From contig CP075497.1 of assembly GCA_021613535.1 (NCBI GenBank), forward strand, positions 9,734,001-9,798,000: 64,000 nt of DNA. The letters are read 5' to 3'. Source of the stretch: Adineta vaga (taxonomy: Eukaryota > Animalia > Rotifera). The notes under the pieces were generated by a model. The model saw only the letters and a program-made list of their open reading frames with translations, searched no databases and had not been told where the DNA came from. The position numbers and the translations under genes are program-made. Within the stretch, counting starts at the first letter, position 1. Each line of letters opens with the position of its first letter. This document shows, piece by piece, positions 38,929-54,400 of this stretch.

Positions 38929-41228
38929 TCTGTTGAACAAGATTTATTTTCTTTAATTATAATATATATTTTTAATAAAGACGTGAAAAGAAAATTTCTC
39001 TTTTATTTTGTATAAAGTATCCATTATGACATTCTGTATTCTCATTTATTTTTATGCAATTGACGACTACTACTTCCATAGAGTATGTCAACGAATAATC
39101 GTAGTTGAATAAAGTATTTGTGTATGGAACACAATCGAAACAAAGATATGCAAATGTCATACAGAATTTACTAATGTAAGTTTAACGAATGAAATAGTAA
39201 ACAGTAATTTACCTAAGTTGAAAACGTTAAGAGATACCGACAGTTTGCTTTCTTGAAATATAGGTTAATTTCATAGAAACAAATCTCAAACATTCTTTTC
39301 ATTTTTCTCGATCTTCTTTTTCTGTTGTGAACTGTTAGGCAATTAGTCTTGTGTATTCTAATGAAAACTATTTTATCAATTGTTTGCTGAGTATGTAGTG
39401 ATAAAGAAGTCAAATTATAAACTGATTATTTGATTTCACTACATCAGTCTTTTCTTGAATAGTTCATTGAACAGTACTAGCTTTCATAATCAAGGTTATT
39501 TTATCAATCACTCAATTCAATCATTATTTGTCATAAATACTGAACAAAAGATTTATCTTATTATATTCCATCTAAATCTGTCGAGATTGATTTGCCTTCA
39601 TATAATCTGTCACTTTTTATATTCATTTCGTGATAAAACCTTGAAAAGATGTTTCCATGATAGATGAGAACTAGTAGTCGAAGAGCACGAGAAAATGTTC
39701 TTCATCAATCTATTTCAAGAAGAACAACTTATAGATAATAAATGACGAAAAATTCATCTAAGCACGCAACTATTCTATTTATTTATTAATAAATAAATAT
39801 CTATGCTGAATATACACATTTTAAAATAGATATCAAATAATTGCTGATGAAGTCAAGAAAGTTTATTCATCGTCTCTTATGGGATTATGAAAGACTCAAA
39901 TGACAAACAATTCCTGCTGCTCATCTATTTTCTTCATATTCGTCAATTTATTCTTTGACCGATCACAAATGGTCATTGTCACTTGTGGGTATTACGCGAT
40001 TGTGTGTATTGTAGAGAAGGAGAAAAGAAAAGTAATAATCGTCTGTTTTCCTAGTTGCATACAATAAGATACAACACATATTTAAGATTCAATCAATCAT
40101 TTACAAAAGAATTTCTCCAGAACATTTTATTTATTGAATGAAAATGTCTATGTCGTAGACTATTAATTAGAATGGTCAATCGACAGCAGATGCATTAGAT
40201 GAAATTCACATGTACTATATAATTATATGGTAGTAAACAATTTCTGGATTATATTCGCCTATTTAGAAAGTAATAATGTTCGATGATGAGCTTTCTCTCA
40301 CATTATATGAAGGCAAAAGGACAGCTTGACTCTTGCCATTGAAGAAGGTCAATCTCTTCTTTTTTTTTCTTCTCTCCTCTTCTCAAGCATCATCATCATC
40401 ATCTCTCGATAGTCAATATTGAAATTGGACTGTATGAAACGAGAGAAAGTGAATGCTGCCAGTCCGTATGGTATTCTTTGATTGAAACAAAGACAAGTTC
40501 ATGTACAAACACATATTTAGAATATAGATTAGATGCAAATAATCAATATGAACAAAGACATATACATATACAATTTTCTACCAAGCTGTTTTTCAATGTT
40601 AGAAGAAAATGACAATGCAAAAAAAGTTCAGAAGGCAAAAAAATTCCATTTTTATCAACATGATCATAATCACAAATTCTTATTAATGTATTGTTGTTTA
40701 TCAAGTCTAATCATCACGACTTAAACACGTCTATCTATCTATCCATCTATCTATCAAATACATTGAATCAATAAAGGTGTGCGTGTGAATTGAAGAATTT
40801 TCAATTTACCGTCTTAATAGATACATATATGTGTGTATATTTAGTTGTGTTTATTGAAAAAAGAACCTATTCATCTAATTTTGAAATTGAATCTTTTGAA
40901 GACAAGCGGATATATAGTAATGAAGGCGAGATCAAACACTTTATATATATGTAGGTCTCAAGTCATTTTCATTGTCGACATACTCGATCAGTCACAGTTG
41001 CCTGCACATTAGAGAAATAACAAGACCTTGTTAAATTCTCATCAATGTCCTTTCTCTGTATATGTGAGTGAGTAATTACTTGTCTATCTCTGTCATTTTC
41101 AATGAATAAGTATGCTTAGTCAAGCTATAGGGTGGGTGCATCAAAATGTTTTTTAAATTATAAAAGCACGACAATAAATCGGTTTTCAATAACATGCCAA
41201 TGAAGCCTTAGAAGTGTAACAATGCATA

Positions 41229-41251
41229 TATACATACATACATACATACAT
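41229..41251. repeat. (TACA)n microsatellite
   Basis: tatacatacatacatacatacat read directly. Confidence 0.7.
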
Positions 41252-41832
41252 GCATGCATTTTTCTTCTGATGCCTTCTATTTATAAATAATCGGACATCT
41301 GCTATTCTGTCTTCTTTTCTCCCTCACTCTCTCTCTCTCTCGAGCGTTCAACATATAATAAATATACTCCAAACATAATCTAGTTCTTCTTTTGTAGTCC
41401 AATTAATAATAGCAGTAACAGCTTTGTCATTTCGAGTTACTAATTGGATGGTTCGAAGAAAAGGCAAAAGAAATGGTCAACTTGTTTTTCTGATCGTCTC
41501 GCGTCTGTAACAATAATAAAGTAACACACACGCAATATGGATTATGATCATTGCGGCGCACAAGAGAGATAATCGGATCGTGAGTGGCGAGCACGTATAT
41601 ACATATATGCATGCATGCTCAATGTCGTAGACTGACCTTTTAAAGACTCACAAGCCTAATTCGATATCGGAAAAAATATTGACATCCCACAGTCAGTCGC
41701 CGTCGGATGCTCTTATATATAAATATTGGCTACCTGAGAAGAAAAAATTGATGATCCGCATCGACCGACTGTTCTTTTCAAGATACATATACACACGCAC
41801 ACATATAAGAACAAAAAACGAAGATTGACAGA

Positions 41833-43322
41833 TCAAACATAAGAAGCGCAATGGTCCGATGTAGTCTGTGGTCCGTAAAGATTTTCGAAACGTTGTAAAG
41901 CGCCATCGATATGATTTCGTTGTTCTGTAAATCGAACATGTTTCGATGATAATCTTGAATTTGCTGTTGAGAGTGATGATGGATTCAGTAGAAGAAGATT
42001 ATTCGATTGTTCTGATGACATATCACTTGAACAATAGCAACCATCATCTGAACAAGCTTTCGTACCAGTACCTGTTGCTGAAACTGGACTACTTGTTGTT
42101 GTTGATGAGGATGATTGTGATATTTGCGTTGACAGATCATTATTATTGGAATTATTAATATTTTCAGTTAGTTCGGATTGTTGTTTCAATGGTAGATAAT
42201 AGGTATTCGGAAAGACATTGATTGCATCGTAAAGAATCTAAAAACATTATAACAAGATGTTGCATCAGCTACTGACAAAGGCATGATAAAGAAAAGAAAC
42301 TGTTCACTTACTGCTGTTCGTTCAAAATGTAAATCATCTGAAATACGAGTAAACTGACCATTTGCTGTATGCTGTTGTAGTTCATTCAATGAAGTTGTTG
42401 ATGATGTCGAAGGAAATTTCCTTTCATTTAACATTGTATGAATATTATTAGATTTGGTTGAAGATGTTGTTAAACTATTTTCTTCTTTTCGTCGTTTCAT
42501 TTTATATTTTATACAACATATTAAACATATAAATAATGATATAAAGACAAAACATGCTGCTAGGATACCAGCAAGTATGAGAATATTTCGAGGATTTTGT
42601 TCAACATGTAACCATGATGATGTAAAAGCAGACGATTTTTTGTTCTGATCTGATGAAATCAATTGAATTTGTACTAATGTCGTCGATGATAGTGATGGTT
42701 TGCCATGATCACGTGCAACAACAATAATTTCATAACGTTCATATGTATTAGTATTTTTAATACATTCAATTACTCCAGTTGTTTCATTAATACGAAACAA
42801 ATCTTGATAATTCGATAAAGAATATGTTATTCGACTATTTTCTGTATGTGGTTGATCACAATCGGATGCTATAATTGTAAAAGTTGACTCATTTGGTACC
42901 ATTGTTGTTTGATATATTGACTGATTAAATTTTGGTGGACAATCGTTTGTATCAAGTATACGAATACGAATTGATTTCGAAAGTTTTTCATAGAGTGGAA
43001 CAAGACGTTGAGCATTGATTGAAAATTCATAGAAATCTTTTCGTTCACGATCAAGAGTTTTAGTTGTTATTAATGAATATGATAGTCCATTGGATTGTAT
43101 TTTAAAATCAGTATCAGTTAAATTAAGTATCCATTCATTTGGAACGATATTAGTATCATTAATAAGGTTAATAAATGCAATAAAACTTCCAGCACTTTTA
43201 CCTTCAGTTATTTCGACTGATGAATCATTTAATGATTGATGAAAAAATTGTGGATAACGAATATCAAGTGCAATAGAAGTAACAGAAGAAATAAAGATAA
43301 AAAAGAATATAATTGACATCAT
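41833..43322 (-). CDS. Short protocadherin-like type I membrane protein (signal peptide, 2 cadherin repeats, TM, cytoplasmic tail)
   Basis: LDRE, DTNDCPPKF, ASDCD, ARDHGKPSLSS; TM ILILAGILAACFVFISLFICLICCI; one intron near 42238-42311 joins the 41833-42237 tail exon. Confidence 0.85.
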
Positions 43323-46300
43323 GATCTAGAAGAATATCGGAAGAAATACGATAATGTTCTCATGCATAAGCTTTTGTTTCTTCTTTTCAATATGTATAAA
43401 TATGAGAGCAAGAGAATTCTTTATTCTTTCTTTCTTTTTCTCTCTCTCTTGCTTTTTTTTCTTTAACGAGAATTTCTCTCTTTCCCTCTCTCTCTCTCCT
43501 TCTCCTGTGATAGACGATGATGATGATCATCGATCAATCTTTTCTGTTGAAAAAAAAAGAGGCAAATGAGAGAGGAAGAAATTTGTTCCCGATCTAAGCA
43601 ATATTTATCTTACTCATATAAAATGTCAAATATTGAAACATAAAAAACAAAAATTCACATCTGAGAAAAAAGAGAAAACTTCACAAATGATTTTCTTCTT
43701 CTTTTTTTCGCCGTCATCGTTTTCTTCTTATCAACACTTGGCTAATTCGCACGATAGGAAAGATTGATGTAAAGAAACATCTTGAGACGCGACACATTCA
43801 GACATCATGCAGATGTGTGTGCATGCGTGTGTGTCTAAAGATATCATGATCTTTTAATTCATTGAAGACCTTGCTTGACTAATCTAACGAATCGAAAGAT
43901 CGATGAATATGGGTGGAGAATAAGTAAGATCCTATTGTTAACGTGTCTAACTATCATCACTCGTAATGAACGAATGTCTTTCTACAGGAGACTCTTGTTA
44001 ATCATTTAATTGCTTTTCTCTCATCTAACAAAGCTTTGGGAAAAGAAGAAAAAAAATGGGAAGACAACGGTGGCAGCTGGAATAATGCACAAGCTCGTAT
44101 TATATACGTATACGAGAGGCTTCTGAGAATGTATAAGCATTTTATTGGGTACTCACTCCTATTCGTCTCATGCATATGTATAGTATATATTGTTGAACTG
44201 ATGACAACTTGAAATGATCGACATTCGATCCATCTTTCCTCTTATCGTATGAATGTAATGAGCTCTTCGATTGTATGTATGAGTACGAAAAAAGGTCTCA
44301 CACCAGGTTATCATTCTCGAATAATACACTTGGCAATGTGTGTAAGTGGATCGATATCATCCTGTGTGTCAACCTCATTAGATATTAACGAGTAAGACAG
44401 AGAAAACAAACTTAACAACGAAGAACATTCGCTCGAATGATAATTCCATTTACACTCTCAAATAAGATAAAACACATATAGACATTTTTTAGCAGCTTTC
44501 TTTTTCTAACTGGCATATGAAGAAATTGATAGAGAGAATTATGCAATTTAATTTTTTTTTCATAATATTTCTTTTTCTTCGTGCATGGAATAAACTCATT
44601 GCGTTATGTTTTCACTTGAGAATTTTTTCTCGCTTTCTTTCTTTATATATGTTACAAATAAGATTAGATTATTCATTGTGGACAATCTCTTTAAAAAGAA
44701 GAAGAAAATGATTGACTTAAGGCGTTGTCTCCGCCCAAAGGATCTGTTTCACTTTCTTACTTTATTTGCTTCATAATTTCGGGAGATTGATAGAAGATGA
44801 CGATGGATAGAAAAGAGTTTGAATAGCGATTAACATTGATAATAATAAACTCTCTGCCTATTTTATTGATCCTATATACACATATATACTAGAATGCAAT
44901 GCACTTGTCAAATGCTTTGCAATACTGTTAAAGATATAGAAGAGAGAGAGAGAGAAGAAAATGAATTGTTTATATTCGATCTCGATCTACTCGAATATGC
45001 TGTCGGCGCCTCAAGGTCATTGAATAGATAAACTATTCTCAATTCTTTGTGTTGAATGACAAACATCATCTTATGTTTTGAATGATCATATTTGCCCATC
45101 CCATTTTTTTTTCTTTTATTCTTTGTCTCATACTCAATCATTCACATATATACTCCTTTCAAGTGAGTGTGAAAATGAATCAGAAAAGGAAATCCTGGAT
45201 CGATCGATCGATCGTTTCGTTCTATTGTCATCATTTCTTACTTTATGTATATGCTTGCGGCGATAAAATAAATTAACAGAGCACAGTTTGGTTACAAGGC
45301 GGCAAACATCAACAAAAGAACAAGTTGTGAAATCGATGAATTCTTTAGACACGCGTCAACAGACTTACGTTGAATTGAGAAAAGAAAAGACGAATGAATG
45401 ACCAGACGGTTCTTCTGAGCGTTGGTCATTTCTCATGGGGACATTCTCTTTATATGTTTCACACACGCCAGATTGACAGACTGCCTCATACAGTCTTATT
45501 AAATTCTCTTTTTCTTTTGATTCTATTCAGGAGTTAATTGTTCTTTGAAAAGTCGAGTTACCGTCACGAGTATAATTGTATACATACGATAGTGTCTACC
45601 TGTTACTACTATTCGATCTACCACCGTTCATTAAATGTATCGGAAGTGTGAACGGCACGTTTTCACGTAATTTAACTAGTCTTGTACATACTAAAATTTC
45701 TTTTTCATTGTCTAACTGTCATCATGGACATTCGAATCGCTGCCCGAAGGTGTGATGTAATGACGGACGGCCGCCCGCTAAGATAATGTTGCTCAATTAG
45801 TCGACCTCTATATGTTTCTATCTGAAAGGGCAAATGACATTCGAATCGTCACTTTTTCTTATTTCCTTTTGTTTCTTACGTCGTCTGGTTCTCGTTTTCC
45901 TTCTACTTCTTTTTTCCTATACTTCAGACATTGATTACGTTTCAAATTCATGTGCAGGAAGAGCATTGACCCGAATATGACAAGACGGTGCTAGTTCCTT
46001 TGTCTTTTCCTTCAACTTTTTTTCTAGTCATACATAAAGTAACAACATAAGCTTATTCACGTCATTATGAATAACTCTTACAATTAATTAATCATTTTCT
46101 CTATGTCATCGATAATATTGTATATGTGCGTGCTTATCCCTTTTTGGATAGAGAATGTCATCAAGTCAAAAGAGAATGGATATGATCTCACAATATGATA
46201 TATATATACGTGTGTGTTCATATCGTTGAAAATTAGTTATCAGTAAACAACATACAAGCAACCATGCCTCACGAACATATCTCATTAGTACAACACACAC

Positions 46301-47748
46301 ACACACGATATATTCGACAGGTGAAAGTTTGAAGGTTCTATCGCCATTATAATCAACTAATATTAACTAAATTACTTCGCGAAATTTGACTTAACAATCA
46401 TAAGCATCTTAGAAATATATAATACGGAACTGAAAAGAACAGTACCTTTTTTTTTTGTTGTTTGAATACATGGAGAACGTAAAAGAGAAAGAAATGATCA
46501 GACAGATAAAATAAAAAGCAATTAAGTAAAAAGGAATTTTGTATGTATGACGTAAATTGAATGCATAAGAAGTGAGAATACTCGAATGTTGAAGAATGGA
46601 TTAAAATCTTGCACAAGACAGATCATTGTTTCATCTTTCTTAATCTTTAACGAATTTAACTAAAGAAAAAGAAATCATATGTTTTTATTGAGAATGAAAA
46701 CGAATTTCTAATCTGCATCTCGAAAGATGAATTAAATCTTTTCACACATATTCAAAGTGCATGTATGTCATAAAACTTCTCTAGTAATCAAAATATTGTT
46801 TTATTTAGCATGTCTATGTGAACATCATTTGTGACCGAGCTAATCGATTCATTTGTATATAGATGTTGACTCTCATTTCTTTTTATTATATCGGTTCCAC
46901 GTGCCGATGACCTTCGTCGAATCGATATCAAAGTATGGACAAATTACAGCTATTGACATTTTTTCTGCTCATTTGTGCCAGTCCAAATGTCAAAAAGGGT
47001 CCATTGCTTACGCGAAGTGCTAATCGATGATAAGTTTCTTTTTCTTTATGTTCATGATTCTTCCGATTTTCTACATATTTATATATGAATCTAATTGAAT
47101 TATGTAGATTTTCGTCCCGCCTGAACTTCTAACTTGAAATATGTTCATTATCTTCAAACGGACAATTCTCATCGAGACAAGAGAGGTGCAATAAGCTTAT
47201 ACACACTCACAGGAAATTGCCGAAACATGTTTCCGTACATAGTAGAATTGTATCAAACGATAACGGCGGCGATGACGACAACTAATAGCTGAGAGAGTAA
47301 TTTCCATATGTAGATTAACTGTACTATACGAATGTCTCTTTCAAGCTGGTGGTGTGTGTGTGGAACTGTTATGAGTGATTACGACATTAACACGATGAAC
47401 ATATTGTGTTGTTCTTTTATTAATATATTATTTATATATATATCATCTAGTCTCATAATTCACATTACTAATTATATCTCAATAGCTATAACAACAATAA
47501 AGTATGGAAAAAGAAAGAAATGCATTTGTCATTCATTATAGTAGAAAGGGAGAGAAAGTGAGTGGTCAAATATTTCTTTTTTTTCTTTTGTATTGCATAA
47601 CATAAATTGTATATATATATACATACATACAAAATAGAAGAAAATAATCTGACCTCGTATACACGACAGGTGGTTAGCTTTTTTTTGATGAAATCATTTA
47701 CATTTGAAATGGATTCTTTCAAATAATCGAAACAGCTGGATTCAAAGA

Positions 47749-47774
47749 AGATGATGACGATGATGATGATGATG
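47749..47774. repeat. Imperfect (GAT)n microsatellite
   Basis: gatgatgacgatgatgatgatgatg read directly. Confidence 0.7.
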
Positions 47775-48485
47775 TCATTTGTTGTTTTCTCCTTTTAAAG
47801 CTTCTCTAAATCGACTTGTCTATCGGTATTCTTCTAGGTTTTTTTTCAAGCTTAATTTATCAATTAATCAAATCCACGACATAACACATCCCATAGTGTT
47901 ACGATAACAATACAAGCACGTGTGTCTGTCTCTCAATACATGTATCGAGTTCTATATATGTATGTCTATACCGACTATAATTGTCACTTAGGATATGCAT
48001 ATCTCTATGCATGTGATAGAGGTCGATTACGCTTATGAGCTCGTCTCGACATGCTGTGCCTGGGTATATTCAAGCATCAAGTTGATGAACGTAAAACAAC
48101 AATAGGAACATTTGTACCACTTCACTTTTGATAAGAGAAAAGTGCGGTATAGTACCGATCCATTGTCAACAGTGATGAAATGCATCGCTTGAGTATAAGT
48201 AAACTAAAAGTGTGAACACTCAATCGTCAACATCACGAATAGATATTCAATTTCTATTCTCACATTAGACATAGATGACGAATAATAACAACACTTGCAT
48301 GGCTTTCAGACTATTCTTCAGTTTATTCAAATAACATTCGATTGCGATAATCATCAAATAAATTTTAATGATCAGATAGAATGGAAAAATCTTTTACGAT
48401 ATTGTTTCAATTGTTCTTTAGTCATAAACTAAAATACATTAATAACAATAATAAAACGGACAAGAAGAAAATAAGAATAATTTAA

Positions 48486-51400
48486 CTAACGAATATGAAA
48501 TAGCTGAATTACAATCGAACAAATGATGAGAAATATTGAAAGTTCAATTGTCGGACTTGTAGCATAATATGGGCAATATGGACATTGATATGAACCACAA
48601 ACAGAACAGATATCCAGTCCAAAAAGTGTTCGTAATGTATACATAGATCGATTCGCACTCCCTATTGAAATTTTAGAGAAAATAATTATTAAAAATATTA
48701 AAATTTTCAATTTACATGGTTCATGCCATTCATATGTTGTCATTTCATAGTAACGTGTCATATTTGCCACAGGTATATAACGTTTCAATTCAAATTCCCA
48801 ACAAATAGGCGTTGTATCAAACTAAATCATCTCTCAATGTGAATCAATTGAAAAAGTTCGATTTTCAATCAACTTACAAATTCAAAAAGAAAATTAAGGA
48901 AATTCGGATAATTTTCTGCATCACGAAGATTTCGAACGATACCAAAACCAACAAGATCTTTTAGAAAACGTTCTTCTATTCGATAACCAGTTGGAATTTC
49001 AATCATAAATACCGACCAACCTGATCGTTTAGCTCTTGTCAAACCTGGTAGCCATCTATTTTCATCAAAAAAAATAACAAACAAATATTTCTATATCAAA
49101 GAGATACATACGATACACATGGTTGATATAATAAATAACTATGATTATATTTATTAGACAATTGAATATTTAAAGACATTTTAAATGCTTGATAAGGTGG
49201 AGGTCGAATCAATTCTGGATGTTCAACATTCACTTCCATTTCCATCTGCAAACACATCCGTATAAAATATCTGATCATTGTGAAATTTTAACTAACCTGT
49301 ACAAGTGCATATCCTGTTCCATATGCATCAATGAATACTCGTCCATAGACATTATCAATTGAAAGTTCTTGTGCATCAATAATATTCTCATCCGTAATCA
49401 AAATCGTTTCATATTTTCGAAATGGATCGCCTGATGACGAAATATTGATACGTAAATTATATTTTTGAATTGTATCTCCACGTCGAATAGCATATTGAAC
49501 TAGAGCTTTTAAAGCAAAGAATGAATCATAACTTGAACACCAGCCGGCAACAAAATTTCGTCGAGTTTGTAGCCAATGTACAATAGGTTTTCCTAATGAT
49601 GTTTGTGCACGTAAGATGTATGTTAATAAAGCAAATGATGTTGAAGCAACGGCATGTCCTTCGATTTCAGAGTCATGTTTAGGTGCTAAACGTTCATTTA
49701 GCGATAAGAACACGATTCGATTCGATTCTAATTCTACATTTGACCAATAAATTCCTGCAGCATCTGAAAGAAAAGTCAAAAACAAAATAATTGAAAGGAA
49801 AAAGTTCGTTTATTACTTGTTTTCTGTTGACTAAGAAGCATATTAAAAGCATTATCTTTTTCAGGACTATTGACAATATGTAATGCGTATGTCACAATTG
49901 CTAATTCAAATGAATCGACAATTTTCTAAAGAAAATCATTTTTTTTTTAATAGTAAACCCTAAAATCAAATGAATGTTAAATACTTTATAATGCATTTCA
50001 AGCCAATTTCGACCACGATCAATAGCATCACTCATATCTTCTTTAATTAAACCATTAATATCTGTATTCATTTTTAATGCAATAATAGCTTGAGCTGTTA
50101 ATGATAAATTTAATGGTATATTTGTGTCAACAGAATAGAGAAGAGACTAAATTGACAAATGATATCAATATATATACGTGTTAGTTTCAATGAATCCTGT
50201 GAAAATAGTCACTTGAAATTTTTCCCGATCAAGGATATTGCTACGTTCTTTAAATGATCCATCAGGATTCTGATGTGTCATAATCCATTTCGATGATTTT
50301 GCACGTACACGTGTATCTATATATAGATTATATTGTTCCCATTCTGGTTGTGAAGCATCTTTTAATGCAATTAAAACCCATGATGTTAACCTTAAAGAAG
50401 TGTTATTATATAAATATTCATCATTATTTGATTTAATTCTCTTTACCATACACTTGTTTCATTCTTCCAACCGAAATTACTAAATGCACCATCATGAATG
50501 CCCATATCGGATTCATCATCAAAATAAAATGCCATTAGACGATTATATTCTAAAATGAAACGTTTTTCTTTTGTAAAATATAGAGACCATCATAAATCAA
50601 CATTACCAATATTCACTAGATCAAGTAATCGTACAAGTTTAGTTTGATCAAATCCTCTACTACCATGTCCTTGTCTCAAATAAACTAGATTATATAACAT
50701 TGTAGCAAAACCAGTTAGTCCTCCTTCGGCAGGTGCAACTGTTTTATAAATGATATTATCTGATGTTAAGATTTTTTCATGTCCTTCCCATAGGTATGGT
50801 CCAGCAACATCACCTAAGCAAAGATATTATTGTTTAAGATCAGTAGTTGAAATAACGATGCATATACCTGATACATAAATAGCTGCTTTAGCTGAACCAG
50901 GCACATAGAGAAAATAATTGTGTAATGGTAACATAAAATTTTCCGGTACAATTATATCGAATTCATACATTTGTCGAGGTGTATATTCAAGTGAAACTAT
51001 TGTTGATGTTGAGTAATAATTTATAATTCCTTCAGGCTAAAAGTCATTATGGTCATCAAGATGACTGCGTTTCCCTTCCCAAAATCACAAAGTCTTACCA
51101 CAATATAAATTGATTGTGTAACTATATCTCGTTTGACTCCAGTAATACCTTCGACAGTGACGTCAATATAACCAGTTGTTCGAGGTATAATAGGAATGTA
51201 AATACGTCTTGAATGACTTGGATATAGCTAAAAATTTCAAGAAAAACTTTGCTTGAAGATTTTAGAATTCCTGTAAATCAATTTTTACAATGAGAAGAAC
51301 ATGATGATGTCCTTCAGACGTTCGTGGTGCAAAAGAAGATACTACACCATTATCATCCAAATTGATAAAGCGATATTTTGATGAAGCATGTAAAATAATC

Positions 51401-54400
51401 AAAGCCTAAATAAATGTGAATCTTAGTCACTTCAAATTTCGTGTCACGAGTTTATTACTTCAATTCGATGTGTTTGCAAATTAAATACATCAACACGAAC
51501 AGCTATTTGTTCTCCCAAACGTGCTCTTCCAGGAACTTCAACTACAATAAAAAATTGTCTTGTACCTTCGAACTAATTTAAAGATATTCTTATATGAATA
51601 ATTATCACAAGAAAAACGATTATTTTACTGTAAGAACACTTGGTAAAACTGAAAGACCATTCTGTTGACTAATTGAAAAAGCAGATATAATCCAAGTTCC
51701 AATTACATGAGGAACATTAACAGTTATTTGAGCTCGACCATCAGGATATGTTGATGCAGATTGCCAAGCCATTGCAAAAGTAAAAAAACGTTCCCAAAAT
51801 GGCCACAAACGTTTATTAATTGGTGTAAATGATGGAACAGCTTTCTCAGGACCTAAGAACGAAAAAAAAAGCACAGAAGAATCGTTTTACATAGTAATAT
51901 CATTAATACAAACAATCTAATTCATCTGCTCCATCTAAACAATTGAAAACTCCATCACATTTTTCACTAATTGTATAACAAGATCCATCATTGCAAGTAA
52001 ATCGATTTCCTTGTTCCATACAAAATTGTGCTTCTTGTTCTTCGTTAATAACAATATCAATATCAGTCAAAAGAAAAAGGCCGGCCGAACGAAATACTTG
52101 ATAAACATTTGCTGCTATTGATTGACCAACACGATAAACTTTTTCCGATGGTGTTAAAAAGTTTGAATACCATGTCACATTCGGACTCGGATGAGCACCA
52201 ACATCGTATTCGTATAATTCGTTATATATCTACAGAAAATGAAATCTATTTTGAAAAACAAATAATCAGAAATAACCGTACATCCATTTCAAGGAAATCA
52301 TTTCCACCATATAATTGATATTGTGCATATTCGGTTCCGGCAAAGGCAACTCTTGCTTGCGATGGTCCATACGAAAGTAATTCGACTGTGTCACCAGTTA
52401 AATCTTTTCGTTGATTAATTGTTAGATTAAGGCTCACTGTATCGGATGTAATATTTACATGAAAATGGATCACATCAGCTACAAGTTCACCCGTATAATC
52501 AATAAAATAAGCAAGAATATGTGCAGATGGTGCCATACGACGTGTTACAGCTACATGAACGGTTTGCTGAAGTGCATTACGCATTTGAATCGTATCAGCG
52601 TAAACAATTCGACTGGCTGATATGATCTAAAATGAGAACGTTTGGAATTGTGAACATCTTATAAAGAAGACATACATGATAATGAACTTGTGGACTATAA
52701 CGACTAATATTAACGGTAAATATCATAAAATTATCGATCTAGATAGAAAAGCATGATTTAATTTTGTTGAAAAACGCAACGAAATTTACTCGAGGTTCAA
52801 GTGTACTTGTTGTAATTTGTATATATGTTTGACTTGGCGATCGATAACGAACTGAACGTTGTTCAATAAATGCGGTTTGAATAAATTCATTATTCACAAA
52901 TAATTCCGCCTGAAGAGAGATATCTTTGTAAACAAATAAAATCAATCGAAAAGTAGCGATTTTACTCGAATAGACATGTACATTGATTTATTTTGATTTG
53001 CAACAATAATTTCATGTTTAATAATTCCATCGTCAGGTATTGGATAATCAATTGAACCAAGTGATGAATCAACATCAAAACTTGTTTGAACACGAACATA
53101 AGTTGTATTACGATCAAAATCAGCAATACGAAACCGACTTTGATCACCATTCAGCACTGCAATCTAAATAACAATAATATTTTAAAAAATGGATTTCTTT
53201 TTTGATTTTGTATTCATTTACATGAGCAGAATAAGCCATCTGAGGTTTGAAGACACCTGATTGTCTATTGAGAAATTTAATTCGATATTCTGTTTGATAG
53301 AATGATGTAAGAAAAGAAGAATTTGTTGTTTCATTCCATAATGGATCAATAACAGTTGCTGTAAAGATCAATTCACGATTAGTTAAATCACCAAATTGAC
53401 TTTTGGCTTCCGACATTGGAATGACAAAATTTAATCGACCATTAAACTATTAGAAAAAAATTGATTTAAGTTGCATTTAACCAACACTTACAGTTTGATA
53501 ATTATAATCAAGTTTGTTTCCAGGTGCATCAGGAACAGGAATAATATTTACAGCTGGTTCAAAGCTTTCCTCAGGATTTTTCAAACGTACAGTTAATCGC
53601 ATCAAGCCTTCGACGCCTCGGCCACTTGTATAACTAAATTAGATACTCAACGATAGTTTGCTTGTTCATTTTTTGAATGCGAAGAAATGTACTTTGCTGT
53701 AACAATGCCATTGATGGTTGGTGAATTCACATTAATGAAAAATGGTAATGAAACATTGACTTCAATCTTTTTTTGTACTAAATGAAGTTTAAATGAAAAA
53801 CTGTTTGATTTTAAAAGAAATGTATTCTTACGGAAAAAATCAACTAAAAATGATTTTTCCGATATTGATTGCTGAGCTTCACAACGAATTGTATATGTAC
53901 CAAATGCAATAAATGACGCAAATTGATACGATAATTCGACATAACCTGATACAACAAATAAAATCATTTTAAAATGAATTTTTCATTGAGAGAAAAAGAA
54001 ACTAAACCCCAAGTTGTTTGTAAATTATGCCATCGTCTTAAAATATTATGCATTGGTCCCTATTCAAACAGAAAAAATTCTTTTTTACAAAAAAACCATA
54101 TTTATATCTTTGATCATATTGTTTACTATAAAATAAACATTGACCGTACTGAAATATCCTCGTAAATCTGAATAAACCGGAATACAACGAAATCGAACTA
54201 TAAAAACAAATTTTTTATTTCTTTATTTCTAACTTCTAATTAATTCATATCACCATTTTGATCATGTCTATACATTGGCTTTTCTAATTGAATAAAAATT
54301 GAAAGAGATTTCTTATGAAATATAACATTTGTTTCATTATAAAATACAACATGACCATTGAGTAATGTTCCTCGTACATAAATTTTATAAGAACCATTGG

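Noticed and set aside
45397-45430. Hairpin aatgacca...tggtcatt
   Set aside because: About 34 nt with bulges, too short for a pre-miRNA and not matching any RNA family I recognise.
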